Program-made: the position numbers and the translations under genes | Source: Lachnospiraceae bacterium | GTDB lineage: Bacteria > Bacillota > Clostridia > Lachnospirales > Lachnospiraceae | Assembly (NCBI GenBank): GCA_009774145.1 | Contig: VSND01000010.1 | Span: forward strand, 14,335 to 78,334 | Reading direction: 5' to 3' | DNA: 64,000 nucleotides | Shown here: one piece after another, positions 1 to 9,478 of the stretch | Position numbering within the stretch: position 1 is the first letter of the stretch | Layout: every line of letters begins with the position of its first letter | The notes under the pieces: model-generated | Told to the model about the DNA's origin: nothing | Database searches by the model: none | What the model saw: the letters and a program-made list of their open reading frames with translations, nothing else

Positions 1-237
1 GAAGAAGTATTCAGTCTGGAAAAAAGTCAGGTGGAAAAGATGAAAAAGGATGTCATGGAAAGCTACCGGATTGCTTCCGATACATTTGCAGACGCTCCTG
101 AGGAAGAACAGCAGTTTCTTCACATCTTCTCTTTTATCTGTCTGCTGAGCTTTGATGTCTATGTGAAAAAGCAGGTCATCGAAAAGCTGATTGACGGACT
201 GCCAAAGAAGGAGACCGCGAAAAAACGCAGGGAATAG
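1..237 (+). CDS. C-terminal fragment of a hypothetical protein (5' end outside window)
   Basis: Frame 1 is open from base 1 to the TAG at 235-237. The listed ORF 31..237 begins at an internal GTG. No family recognised. Confidence 0.35.
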   Translation, partial: EEVFSLEKSQVEKMKKDVMESYRIASDTFADAPEEEQQFLHIFSFICLLSFDVYVKKQVIEKLIDGLPKKETAKKRRE

Positions 238-285
238 AAAAAAGCCGTATAAAAAGGAAGTCTGACTTCCTGGCATACGGCTTTC
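238..285. terminator. Bidirectional intrinsic terminator hairpin between convergent genes
   Basis: AAAGCCGTAT (241-250) pairs with ATACGGCTTT (275-284), with a nested AGGAAGT/ACTTCCT stem. An A-run lies upstream and T-rich sequence downstream. Confidence 0.5.
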
Positions 286-287
286 AT

Positions 288-584
288 CTATACATTTTCC
301 TCCATCCTCCGAAACACCATATCATATCCGTCGTTCCCGTAATTCAGGGACCGGTTCACCCGGCTGATCGTTGCAGTCGAGGCGCCTGTCTTCTCAGCAA
401 TCTCCAGATATGTTTTCTTCTCCCGAAGCAGCTTCGCCACCTCAAAACGCTGAGATAACGACTGAATCTCATTGATCGTACATACATCCTCAAAAAAAGT
501 ATAGCATTCCTCCATGTTCTGAAGGCTTAAAATCGCATGAAACAGCCCATCTGTCGCTTCGTTTTGAATCCTTTTGCTCATCAT
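288..584 (-). CDS. YerC/YecD-type TrpR-like DNA-binding protein
   Basis: ORF 288..629 trimmed to the ATG at 584, which is preceded by a GGAGGG RBS. It is ~98 aa with the helix-turn-helix TYLEIAEKTGASTATISRVNRSL, typical of the Trp-repressor-like YerC family (recalled). Confidence 0.7.
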   Translation of the reverse strand: MMSKRIQNEATDGLFHAILSLQNMEECYTFFEDVCTINEIQSLSQRFEVAKLLREKKTYLEIAEKTGASTATISRVNRSLNYGNDGYDMVFRRMEENV

Positions 585-676
585 CAAACCCTCCGTCTGA
601 ATCTTTTCCCTGCAGCTTCTGTCTGTCATTTTAGCACAGTAAAATCGTAAAGTCCAGACTTTTCAGGAAGAATACC

Positions 677-1396
677 CTATTGCGCGTACTTGTTGATATA
701 GGCATACAGCTTCTTTTTGTCCGTATTTACTACCAGCTCTTCTGGAAAATCGCTCTCCCGCAGAAGCTCATATGCAAAATCGTGATTGAGAATATCCTTA
801 TAATAATGCGCATCGCTCCCCAGAATCACAGGGACCTGATATTTTTTACAAAGCTTCAGGATCTTCAGATCATTCTCTCTGGCATTCATGCGGAATCCCC
901 TGGGATTCAGAGAATTGTTATTGATCTCAAGGAGTGTATGGTATTCTTTCGCCGCCTGAACAACTGCCTCATAATCCAGCGGATACCGTCCGTCATCCGG
1001 ATGTCCGATCACATTCACATGCGGATTTTTCATCGTCTGAATCAGGCACTCCGTATTCCGTCCCCGGCTCCCCGGTGCAATACAGGGAATATGCAGGCTG
1101 GCAATCGTAACATCCATCCTGCCCAGATAAGGCTCGTCCAGATCCACATTTCCCCTCTCATCCAGAATGTTCAGTTCGATTCCCAGCAAAACCTCCAGAT
1201 CCCCATGCTGCCGCTCCACCACCTTCAGATTATGAAAGTAAAAATCATGGCACGTCCCCGGCATCCGGGGCGCATGCTCCGTGATTCCATAGACCTCCAG
1301 TCCCTTTTCCTGCGCCGCATGGATCATCTCCATCATTGTATTATACGCATGCCCGCTGGCAATCGTATGCGTGTGTACATCCAGTACGTCTTTCAT
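677..1396 (-). CDS. PHP-domain phosphoesterase (YcdX-like)
   Basis: Carries the His/Asp metal-ligand strings of the PHP fold: DVHTHT, ITEHAP, IGHPDD, GSDAH. 239 aa. Confidence 0.8.
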   Translation of the reverse strand: MKDVLDVHTHTIASGHAYNTMMEMIHAAQEKGLEVYGITEHAPRMPGTCHDFYFHNLKVVERQHGDLEVLLGIELNILDERGNVDLDEPYLGRMDVTIASLHIPCIAPGSRGRNTECLIQTMKNPHVNVIGHPDDGRYPLDYEAVVQAAKEYHTLLEINNNSLNPRGFRMNARENDLKILKLCKKYQVPVILGSDAHYYKDILNHDFAYELLRESDFPEELVVNTDKKKLYAYINKYAQ

Positions 1397-2007
1397 GGCA
1401 TCTTATCTCCTTCCAGCAACCTGATAAGCTCCTGCTTCGCCTGCTCTGCATCCCTGACATGGATTCCATACATCCCCAGCCTTCTCGCCGTGTCCACATT
1501 CGCCTCTGTATCGTCCAGAAATACCGATTCTTCTGCCAGAAGCCCGTATTTTTCCAGCAGCATCCGGTAAATCGCCGGTGCGGGCTTGATTTCCCGCACC
1601 GCATACGACATGATCCCGCCGTCCATCTCTTTCAGAAACGAAAGTTCTGCCGCTGCTTCCTGCTTTACCCGTTCAGAAAAATTGGACAGATAATACACCC
1701 GATACCCTTCTGCTTTCAGGGAACGAATCCAAGGCAGGGAGCCTTCCTTTTCCTTCACCAGCGTACTCAGATCCGAAAAAACCGTGCGGATCTCCTGCTC
1801 CAGACCCGGATCATTGGCGATAAAGCCGTCCAGAAGCTCTTCATTCGTCCATACCCCGCGGTCCAGTTCATTCCATACCGGACTCTGCATCATGGCTCTC
1901 CCCAGCCTCTTTGCCGTCTCTCCCTGGAATCCCATGCCCTGAATATGCTCTCTCCAGCAGAAATCTACCAGTACATTTCCGATATCAAATACAATATTTC
2001 TGATCAT
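1393..2007 (-). CDS. HAD-superfamily hydrolase
   Basis: N-terminal FDIGNVL (DxG/DxD motif I) and FLDD motif IV. Overlaps the downstream PHP gene by 4 nt. Confidence 0.8.
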   Translation of the reverse strand: MIRNIVFDIGNVLVDFCWREHIQGMGFQGETAKRLGRAMMQSPVWNELDRGVWTNEELLDGFIANDPGLEQEIRTVFSDLSTLVKEKEGSLPWIRSLKAEGYRVYYLSNFSERVKQEAAAELSFLKEMDGGIMSYAVREIKPAPAIYRMLLEKYGLLAEESVFLDDTEANVDTARRLGMYGIHVRDAEQAKQELIRLLEGDKMP

Positions 2008-2009
2008 AC

Positions 2010-3293
2010 TTATCTCTTCCGGAATATGATATCGTCTCTGCCCGGCCCGTTGGATACCATGGTAATCGGAAATCCGATCTGTTCTTCAATAAATTCCACG
2101 TATTTCCGGCAGTTTTCGGGAAGCTCATCATAGTTCCGGATACCGCGGATATCGCATTTCCAGCCCGGCAGCACCTCATAAACAGGCTTCGCCTTTTCCA
2201 GCAGACGGGTCACCGGAAACTTTGTTGTCACCTTCCCGTCAATCTCGTAACCCGTACAGACCGGGATCTCATCCAGATAGCCGAGTACGTCAAGCACCGT
2301 GAATGCCACATCTGTAGTTCCCTGAAGCCGGCAGCCGTATTTGGATGCCACACAGTCAAACCACCCCATACGCCTTGGACGCCCGGTGGTCGCACCGTAC
2401 TCCCCGCCGTCTCCGCCGCGGTCGCGCAGCTCATCCGCTTCGGCTCCAAAGATCTCGCTGACAAATGCGCCTGCACCGACCGCGCTGGAATATGCCTTGC
2501 ACACGGTAATGACCTGCTGGATCTCATACGGCGGGATCCCCGCTCCAATCGCCCCATAGGCCGCCAGCGTCGAAGATGAGGTTACCATGGGATAGATTCC
2601 GTGATCCGGATCCTTCAGCGTCCCAAGCTGACCCTCCAGAAGAATGTTCTTCCCGTCCTGTACGGCATTCCAGAGGTAAGCAGACACATCACATACATAC
2701 GGCTCCACCATTCTTCTGTATTCCATCAGTTCCTTATAGATCTCCTCCGCCTGAAGCGCCGGCGCATGATAGAGATGCTCCAGTATGACGTTTTTCTGTA
2801 AAATCACCCGTTCGATCTTTTCCTTCAGCCCGCTCTCCTCCATAAACAGCTCGCTGACCTGGAAACCGATTTTCGCATATTTATCGGAATAGAACGGTGC
2901 AATCCCCGATTTGGTAGAACCGAAGGATTTCCCCGCCAGACGCTCCTCCTCCAGTTTATCAAAAAGAATATGATAAGACATCACAATCTGTGCACGGTCC
3001 GACACCAGAATCCGCGGAGCAGGAACTCCGCGATCCACAATCCCGCGGATCTCCTGAAACAGTACCGGAATGTTCAGTGCCACACCGTTTCCAATAATAC
3101 TGGTAGTATGGTCATAAAATACTCCAGACGGAAGTGTGTGCAGCGCAAACTTTCCATAATCATTTACGATCGTATGCCCTGCATTGGCTCCTCCCTGAAA
3201 CCTGACGATAATATCCGACTCCTTGCCAAGGGCATCTGTAATCTTACCCTTGCCTTCGTCTCCCCAGTTTGCGCCTACAACTGCTCTTACCAT
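2010..3293 (-). CDS. purA: Adenylosuccinate synthase
   Basis: GANWGDEGKGKITD P-loop, GGANAGHT and TTGRPRRMGWFD. 427 aa. ATG at 3291-3293. Confidence 0.95.
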   Translation of the reverse strand: MVRAVVGANWGDEGKGKITDALGKESDIIVRFQGGANAGHTIVNDYGKFALHTLPSGVFYDHTTSIIGNGVALNIPVLFQEIRGIVDRGVPAPRILVSDRAQIVMSYHILFDKLEEERLAGKSFGSTKSGIAPFYSDKYAKIGFQVSELFMEESGLKEKIERVILQKNVILEHLYHAPALQAEEIYKELMEYRRMVEPYVCDVSAYLWNAVQDGKNILLEGQLGTLKDPDHGIYPMVTSSSTLAAYGAIGAGIPPYEIQQVITVCKAYSSAVGAGAFVSEIFGAEADELRDRGGDGGEYGATTGRPRRMGWFDCVASKYGCRLQGTTDVAFTVLDVLGYLDEIPVCTGYEIDGKVTTKFPVTRLLEKAKPVYEVLPGWKCDIRGIRNYDELPENCRKYVEFIEEQIGFPITMVSNGPGRDDIIFRKR

Positions 3294-3464
3294 ATGTTAT
3301 GTTCCTCCATTTCACAGGTCATACAGACCTGCACTGCATGTTCATAAGTGGCCTGTTTCGTAGCATCAGCCACGCATCCTATAGTATAACGTAAAAAGAT
3401 ATGCAAGTAAAGCGTCTGCATAAAATATTCCGCAAAGTTGCTGTGCAGGAGTTACTGTTCAGCA

Positions 3465-3509
3465 CCTGCCATGGGTATCTGTTCCTGAAAGACCCATGGC
3501 AGGGTGCCG
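3465..3509. repeat. Solo copy of a dispersed hairpin-forming element (related to 39933..39977)
   Basis: 38 of 45 nt are identical to 39933..39977. It has a perfect 11-bp stem, CTGCCATGGGT (3466-3476) with ACCCATGGCAG (3492-3502). Lies in the purA/PBP divergent spacer. Confidence 0.5.
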
Positions 3510-3638
3510 ACTGAGTGTAAAAAGAAACATACATTCAGGTTTTCTTTGCATACGGCACAGGTTTGTATTATAATTGCATAGAGGCAGGCAGCTTTACCCG
3601 CTGCTCCAAATTGGCCTGTCAGATACGAAGGAGTCATC

Positions 3639-5588
3639 ATGCATAAATCATCTGTCAAAAAAAAAGTTAAGAAAAAGCCCGGAAAGAGGCCGCAGAAAAA
3701 ACAGAAGGACATGGGAAGTTTTTTCTTCCGCCTGACCCAGATTGCCATGCTCTGCATTGTCGCCGGCGCCTGTTATATCTTTTATCAGGCCGGCTATATC
3801 CAGACGGTTCTGCTTCTGCACGAGGAAGCGCAGACCGTTATGAAAAACTCCTCCATTGAGGATTTCCGGACAAACCAGCGCGGAGAGGTATATGATACGG
3901 ACGGCAATCTGATCGCCCTGCTGAAAAATGACAAAAACATTATCTATCTGTCCGGCGAGGACATACCGGAACAGGTAAAAAATGCATTTATCAGCATTGA
4001 GGACAAACGCTTTTACAAGCACAGCGGTTTTGATCCGTTTGCAATCCTGAGAGCTGTGCAGTCCCTGATCTCCAAAAACAGCATTACGCAGGGCGGAAGC
4101 ACGATCACCCAGCAGCTGGCCAGAAATATCTATCTGACCCATACCGTCAAATGGGAACGTAAAGTAGAAGAGATCTTTATCGCCGCTGCCCTGGAAAAAA
4201 AATATTCCAAGGAAGATATTCTGGAATTTTATATTAACAATATCTATTTTTCCAACGGTTATTATGGCATCCAGGCAGCAAGCCAGGGATATTTCAGCAG
4301 GGACGCCGGCGAACTGACGCTTTCAGAAACCGCGTTTCTCTGTGCCATTCCCAACAGTCCCGGAAGCTATGACCCGCTGCTCCACATGGAAAATACCTTA
4401 AAGCGCCGGAACCTGATCCTCAAGAGCATGCTGGAGCAGAAAATGATCTCCGACGGCGAATATGAACAGGCTCTGGCGGAAACCATCACTTTGAATCCGT
4501 CCAAAATCACATTCACACGTACCTGGGCGCACACCTATATCTATGAATGCGCCACCCGGGCTCTGATGGAAGCCACCGGTCTGGATTATGATACCTGCCG
4601 CAGCAGGCTGTACACCGACGGATACCGTGTCTATACTTCCATCAACATGGATACCCAGGAAACACTTCAGAATACCATTGATGAAAACCTCTCCGGCTAT
4701 AATACGCTGAACAGCAATGGAACCTATGCGCTTCAGGCATCGGCCGTCTGCATGAACAATGAAAGCGGTCTGGTAACCGCCATCGTAGGAGGACGCACAC
4801 AGGAGGGCATACTTCCGGAGTACAACCGGGCATATATGAGTTTCCGGCAGCCCGGTAGCGCCATAAAGCCCCTGATTGTATACACGCCGGCGCTGGAACG
4901 CGGCTACACAGCTTCCTCCACTGTGATCGACTCCAAAGAGAAAGACGGCCCTTCCAATTCTTCAGACCGGTACGCCGGCGCCATCTCTCTTCGGACTGCC
5001 GTAGAGCAGTCCAAAAATACGGTTGCCTACAAGCTGTTCCGGGAACTCACCCCGGAAGTCGGGCTTTCCTATCTGTTGGATATGAATTTTTCATCGATTG
5101 AAACGGAGGATTACACGCTTTCCTCCGCACTGGGCGGAATCACCACCGGGGCAAGTTCTCTGGAAATGACTGCCGCCTATGCCGCCCTCGCCAATGAAGG
5201 CGTCTACCGTCAGCCCACCTGTATCACCATGATCACCGATATGCAGGGAAACATCGTCTTCATGCCGGAACAGGAAGAACGCCAGGTCTACGAACCGGAT
5301 GCCGCACGCAGGATGACCGATATTCTCGAAGGCGTCCTCACCCGCGGAACCGCCAGAGGAAAAGGCATTCCGGATATGCCCTGCGCAGGCAAGACCGGAA
5401 CGACCAACGACAATATTGACGGATGGTTTGTCGGTTATTCTGCCTACTATACGACCGGGGTCTGGGTCGGTTTTGACTCCCCCCGCGGGAACAGCGCTGT
5501 GGCCGGCTCCACCTATCCGGTAAATATCTGGCAGTCCTTCATGACCAGGCTGCATGACGGCCTTCCCTCCAGACCGTTAAATGACTGA
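3639..5588 (+). CDS. Class A penicillin-binding protein (glycosyltransferase + transpeptidase)
   Basis: Lys-rich N-tail plus a TM helix. GT51 motifs ISIEDKRFYKHSGFD and GGSTITQQLAR. Transpeptidase SAIK (SxxK) and KTGTT. Confidence 0.9.
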   Translation: MHKSSVKKKVKKKPGKRPQKKQKDMGSFFFRLTQIAMLCIVAGACYIFYQAGYIQTVLLLHEEAQTVMKNSSIEDFRTNQRGEVYDTDGNLIALLKNDKNIIYLSGEDIPEQVKNAFISIEDKRFYKHSGFDPFAILRAVQSLISKNSITQGGSTITQQLARNIYLTHTVKWERKVEEIFIAAALEKKYSKEDILEFYINNIYFSNGYYGIQAASQGYFSRDAGELTLSETAFLCAIPNSPGSYDPLLHMENTLKRRNLILKSMLEQKMISDGEYEQALAETITLNPSKITFTRTWAHTYIYECATRALMEATGLDYDTCRSRLYTDGYRVYTSINMDTQETLQNTIDENLSGYNTLNSNGTYALQASAVCMNNESGLVTAIVGGRTQEGILPEYNRAYMSFRQPGSAIKPLIVYTPALERGYTASSTVIDSKEKDGPSNSSDRYAGAISLRTAVEQSKNTVAYKLFRELTPEVGLSYLLDMNFSSIETEDYTLSSALGGITTGASSLEMTAAYAALANEGVYRQPTCITMITDMQGNIVFMPEQEERQVYEPDAARRMTDILEGVLTRGTARGKGIPDMPCAGKTGTTNDNIDGWFVGYSAYYTTGVWVGFDSPRGNSAVAGSTYPVNIWQSFMTRLHDGLPSRPLND

Positions 5589-5599
5589 CAAGACAGCAG

Positions 5600-5685
5600 A
5601 ACAGGGACCATTGCAGATCGCATCCCTGTCCGTGTACGGAACACCTGGACAGGACTGCATTCTGCAATGGTCCCTGTTTCTTTTG
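5600..5685 (+). terminator. Large stem-loop terminator after the PBP gene
   Basis: An 18-bp perfect stem, AACAGGGACCATTGCAGA (5600-5617) with TCTGCAATGGTCCCTGTT (5661-5678), and a nested CCTGTCC/GGACAGG hairpin. Followed by TCTTTT. Confidence 0.55.
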
Positions 5686-5774
5686 ATCTGTTTCTTCTGA
5701 TCTGCCTCTGCACTGTGAACCGACCGGTCCCAAAGGCAAACGCATGGAACTGCCGCCGCAGCGCCTTTCCTGCT

Positions 5775-6728
5775 CTAGCAGGCAGCTCCGCCTTTGGTAT
5801 GCAGGTTTGCTGCCAGAATCTCCTCTTTTCTGGACAGGATATCATCGGACAGAAGCTGTGCCTCCACATTCTCAAAGCCGAGCCGGTCGATGGTCTGTGA
5901 CAGGCGTTCGCCGGTCTTTCCCTGTTCCCTGAACAGCAGGATCGTCTTCTCGATCACGGACAGCGCCTCTTCCCTGTCGGTAAATATTTTGCCGAGCGCA
6001 CGGCCCTGTGCCACCTTCTTGCCCCAGCGGCCTCCGATATAGATCTTGTATCCATACGTTCCGTCTTCGATCGCATCAAACGGACATTTTTCCACGCAGC
6101 GCCCGCAGTTGTTGCATACGCTCCTGTCGATCTCCAGAACACCGTCCACAACCTTCGCCGCTCCTACCGGACAGTTTTTCTCAATGGCGCATTTTTTGCA
6201 TCCGTTGCAGGAATCCTCATCAAAGTTCGGAATATGCTGTCCGATAATTCCCAGATCGTTCAGATCCGGTTTCACACAGTTATTCGGACATCCGCCCACT
6301 GCGATCTTGAATTTGTGCGGGAGCAGCACCTGCCTGTATCCTTCATAAAATCTTTCATGGATCTCTCTGGAAAGCTCAAAAGAATCCAGAAGTCCATACT
6401 GACAGGTCGTTCCTTTGCAGGCAACAACCGGACGTACTTTGGAACCGGTTCCTCCTGTCACCAGCCCTTCCTTCGCAATAAACTGCTGGAATTCCTCGAT
6501 TTTGTTATAAGGAATGCCCGGTACTTCCACCGTCAGACGGGTGGTAAAGACCACCTCGCCGTTTCCAAATTTTTCCGCTGCCTCTGCAATACATCTCTGC
6601 TGAGCCGCCGTGATCTTGCCGTTTACGGTGATGATACGCCCGTTAAAGTTATCCGTTCCCTTGTTGTTCAAAAAGCCCATGCCTTTGACTCTCTTCTCAT
6701 CTGCTGCGCTTACTGTTAATGCTGACAT
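5775..6728 (-). CDS. Small sulfite/nitrite-reductase-like siroheme/[4Fe-4S] protein with inserted 2x[4Fe-4S] ferredoxin domain (AsrC/Dsr-like architecture)
   Basis: ACKGTTC and GGCPNNC cysteine motifs, plus CNGCKKCAIEKNCP and CNNCGRCVEKCP ferredoxin motifs. 317 aa. Confidence 0.65.
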   Translation of the reverse strand: MSALTVSAADEKRVKGMGFLNNKGTDNFNGRIITVNGKITAAQQRCIAEAAEKFGNGEVVFTTRLTVEVPGIPYNKIEEFQQFIAKEGLVTGGTGSKVRPVVACKGTTCQYGLLDSFELSREIHERFYEGYRQVLLPHKFKIAVGGCPNNCVKPDLNDLGIIGQHIPNFDEDSCNGCKKCAIEKNCPVGAAKVVDGVLEIDRSVCNNCGRCVEKCPFDAIEDGTYGYKIYIGGRWGKKVAQGRALGKIFTDREEALSVIEKTILLFREQGKTGERLSQTIDRLGFENVEAQLLSDDILSRKEEILAANLHTKGGAAC

Positions 6729-6782
6729 ATCTTTCCTCCTGATTTAATTTCTGCACGGTAGTTCCTGTGTTGTCTGCAGGTA

Positions 6783-8408
6783 TTATTCTGCTTCCACTTC
6801 GTTAAAGGTCAGTCCGCCTTCCAGAACTTTCGTATTAGTATAACCATAATATTTCATGCGATTCTGCGTCATATATCCGCGTTTTCCTTTCGCACATACC
6901 AGAAGAATCGGCTCATCCTTTGCAAAGCCGTCCACCTCGCCTTCGATCTTTGTCAGATCCACATAAGGCGCGCCGGCAATGGAAGGCTGCGGGGACACAT
7001 CCATCACTTTATACCCTTCTGCCTCACCTGCCGCATATTCCGCAGGCGTCATGGTTTCCAGCGTGCCGTCCATCTTGTTCATCAATACGTTCACTGCATG
7101 CGCCAGCGGATGAATCGCTGTCGAAAACGGCGGCGCATACGCAAAATCCATATCCGCAATCTCGTCCACGGTTGCCTTCATGGCGATGGCTGCCACACAG
7201 GTATCCACTACTTTGTCAACGGCTCCTTTTCCAAGTACCTGCACGCCCAGAAGCCTTCTGCTCTCCCGGTCTGCGATCAGTTTGATGATAAAGCTGTCTG
7301 CCCCCGGCATATAGTGCGCCTTGTCATCCGTCACCATAATCACGCTGACGGCGTCAAAGCCCGCTTCCTTTGCCTGTGCCTCGGACATGCCGGTCCTGCC
7401 TGCATTCAGCTTCGGAAGCTGGCAGACGGCCGTACCCATGGCGCCGTGATAGGCCGTATCCTTACCGGCCATGTTCTTTGCCGCCATACGCCCGGTGATA
7501 TTTGCCGTAGAGCCCATCGGCGACCATGCAGCTGCGCCTGTAATGCGGTTCGTAACCATCGCACAGTCCCCTACTGCGTAGATATCCGGATCGTTTGTCT
7601 GCATATGGTCATTGACGAGCACCGTCCTGTTGGGCGCCAGCTCAATCCCCGTATCTGCCAGAAATGCCGTATTGGCACGGATACCAATGGAAAGAACCAC
7701 CATATCCGCCTTCAGCGCACGCCGGTCAGTCTGCACCTTCTCAACCTTTCCTTCACCAAGCACACCCTCGAATCTGGTACCGGTCATGGTATGGATGCCG
7801 TGCTCCGCCAGATGATTTTCCACAAATACCTGTACTTCCTCATCGAATCCCGGAAGCACATGAGGAGCCATATCCAGCACATTACAGCGTACACCCATGG
7901 AGGTCAGATTTTCCGCAATCTCCAGACCGATAAAACCGCCGCCCACTACAACGGCCTTCTTGATCCCGCCTGCTTCCACTGCTGCACGAAGGCTGACCGC
8001 ATCATCGGGTGTTCTCATAAAGAATACCTGAGGCAGGTCCAGACCCGGAAGTGCCGGCCTGATCGGTGACGCACCGGTAGCAATAACCAGTTTGTCATAA
8101 TCCCACGTACTCGTTTCCCCATTCTCATGAACGGCTTCCACTGTCTTTGCTGCGCGGTCCAGTTTTGTCACTTCCATGCCGGTAACAACCCTGGCGCCGG
8201 TCAGCGCCGCGAATTTCTCCGGCGTATTCACCACCAGACTCTCCCGGTCCGGAATCACCTTCCCCACATAATAAGGAAGTCCGCATCCTGCATAGGAAAT
8301 ATCTTTCCCTTTGGTCAGGATCGTCACTTCTGCACTGCGGTCTTCTCTCTTCAGTTTCGCAGCAACCTTGGTGCCGGCTGCGACACCTCCAATAATGATT
8401 ACTTTCAT
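6783..8408 (-). CDS. CoA-disulfide/persulfide reductase-type FAD oxidoreductase with C-terminal rhodanese domain
   Basis: N-terminal GGVAAG dinucleotide fold, redox-Cys motif YAGCGLPYY, and C-terminal rhodanese loop VCAKGKRG. 541 aa. Confidence 0.85.
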   Translation of the reverse strand: MKVIIIGGVAAGTKVAAKLKREDRSAEVTILTKGKDISYAGCGLPYYVGKVIPDRESLVVNTPEKFAALTGARVVTGMEVTKLDRAAKTVEAVHENGETSTWDYDKLVIATGASPIRPALPGLDLPQVFFMRTPDDAVSLRAAVEAGGIKKAVVVGGGFIGLEIAENLTSMGVRCNVLDMAPHVLPGFDEEVQVFVENHLAEHGIHTMTGTRFEGVLGEGKVEKVQTDRRALKADMVVLSIGIRANTAFLADTGIELAPNRTVLVNDHMQTNDPDIYAVGDCAMVTNRITGAAAWSPMGSTANITGRMAAKNMAGKDTAYHGAMGTAVCQLPKLNAGRTGMSEAQAKEAGFDAVSVIMVTDDKAHYMPGADSFIIKLIADRESRRLLGVQVLGKGAVDKVVDTCVAAIAMKATVDEIADMDFAYAPPFSTAIHPLAHAVNVLMNKMDGTLETMTPAEYAAGEAEGYKVMDVSPQPSIAGAPYVDLTKIEGEVDGFAKDEPILLVCAKGKRGYMTQNRMKYYGYTNTKVLEGGLTFNEVEAE

Positions 8409-8509
8409 TCCCTTCTCCTTTCTGAATAACCTGAATGGATATCAACTGCATTGTTAACATTATACCACTTGTTTCATACTAAGAAAAATGATATTATTCT
8501 ATCATCTTT

Positions 8510-8524
8510 ATAGGTAATACCTAT
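8510..8524. promoter_or_regulatory. Candidate LysR box (T-N11-A palindrome)
   Basis: ATAGGTA-A-TACCTAT has perfect 7-bp arms. It lies in the 149-bp divergent spacer between the LysR gene and the oxidoreductase operon. Confidence 0.4.
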
Positions 8525-8557
8525 AACTATCTTCCAAAAAACGAAAGAGGGATATTT

Positions 8558-9478
8558 ATGACGATCCGACATCTGAAGATTTTTATTACCGTTGCAGAAT
8601 GCGGCTCCATGAACACTGCCGCAAAAGAACTGTTCCTCTCCCAGCCCACCATAAGTCAGGCGATCCGGGAGCTGGAAGAATATTATGACACACGGCTTTT
8701 CGACCGGTTATCCAGACGTCTCCATATCACCCCCGCCGGACAGGAACTTCTAAACAATGCCTATCCGGTCGTTGCACAGTTCAACCAGCTGGAACGCAAT
8801 ATGGAAAAAGGACGCCAGAAAGACATCATCCGCATCGGCTCCACGATCACCGTGGGCTCCTGCCTGATCTCCAACGTCCTGAACGATTTTGACCGGCTGA
8901 TGCCCGAGACAGAGACCTGTACCTTTATCGGCAACACCCATACGATCGAAGAGAAGCTTTTAAAATCCGAGCTGGATATCGCCCTGGTAGAAGGGGAGAT
9001 CCACCATCCGGATCTGGTTATGGTTCCGGGCATCCGGGATTTCCTCGTCCTTGGATGCGCTGCAAACCACCCCTTTGCCGGCCGCGACGCGATCCATGTA
9101 AAGGATCTGGAAGGCCGGAAATTCGTCATGCGGGAGCAGGGAAGCGGCACCCGGGCGCTGTTTGACCGTTTTATCAAGCGCCACAGTCTGAACATCCGCA
9201 CCTCCTGGGAAGCGACCTGCCCGGATGCTTTCCGCAATGCAATCCTGTACAACCAGTGTCTTGCAGTGATATCCGTAAGGCTTCTGGAACGGGATATCCG
9301 CAGCGGTCAGATCCGGATCTTTAATCCGCATACCAACGAACTGGAACGATTCTTCAGTCTGGTATACCACAAGGACAAGGTCTTTACTCCTGCCATGAAC
9401 GCCGTCCGGAACATCATCGCCCACTACCGGCAGCCGGACTGGCTGGACAATGTTCCGGTTGGTGTTCTCAACGAGTAG
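8558..9478 (+). CDS. LysR-family transcriptional regulator
   Basis: N-terminal wHTH (IRHLKIFITVAECGSMNTAAKELFLSQPTISQAIRELE) plus a LysR substrate-binding domain. 306 aa. Confidence 0.9.
   Translation: MTIRHLKIFITVAECGSMNTAAKELFLSQPTISQAIRELEEYYDTRLFDRLSRRLHITPAGQELLNNAYPVVAQFNQLERNMEKGRQKDIIRIGSTITVGSCLISNVLNDFDRLMPETETCTFIGNTHTIEEKLLKSELDIALVEGEIHHPDLVMVPGIRDFLVLGCAANHPFAGRDAIHVKDLEGRKFVMREQGSGTRALFDRFIKRHSLNIRTSWEATCPDAFRNAILYNQCLAVISVRLLERDIRSGQIRIFNPHTNELERFFSLVYHKDKVFTPAMNAVRNIIAHYRQPDWLDNVPVGVLNE

Noticed and set aside
680-2133. Plus-strand ORFs 680..1570 and 1336..2133
   Set aside because: They are antisense to the PHP and HAD genes and have no recognisable motifs.
3294-3464. Purine riboswitch upstream of purA
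   Set aside because: No conserved core sequence is recognisable on the minus strand.
3452-3757. 101-aa minus-strand ORF overlapping the PBP start
   Set aside because: It covers the hairpin element and runs antisense to the PBP 5' end. It has no RBS or motifs.
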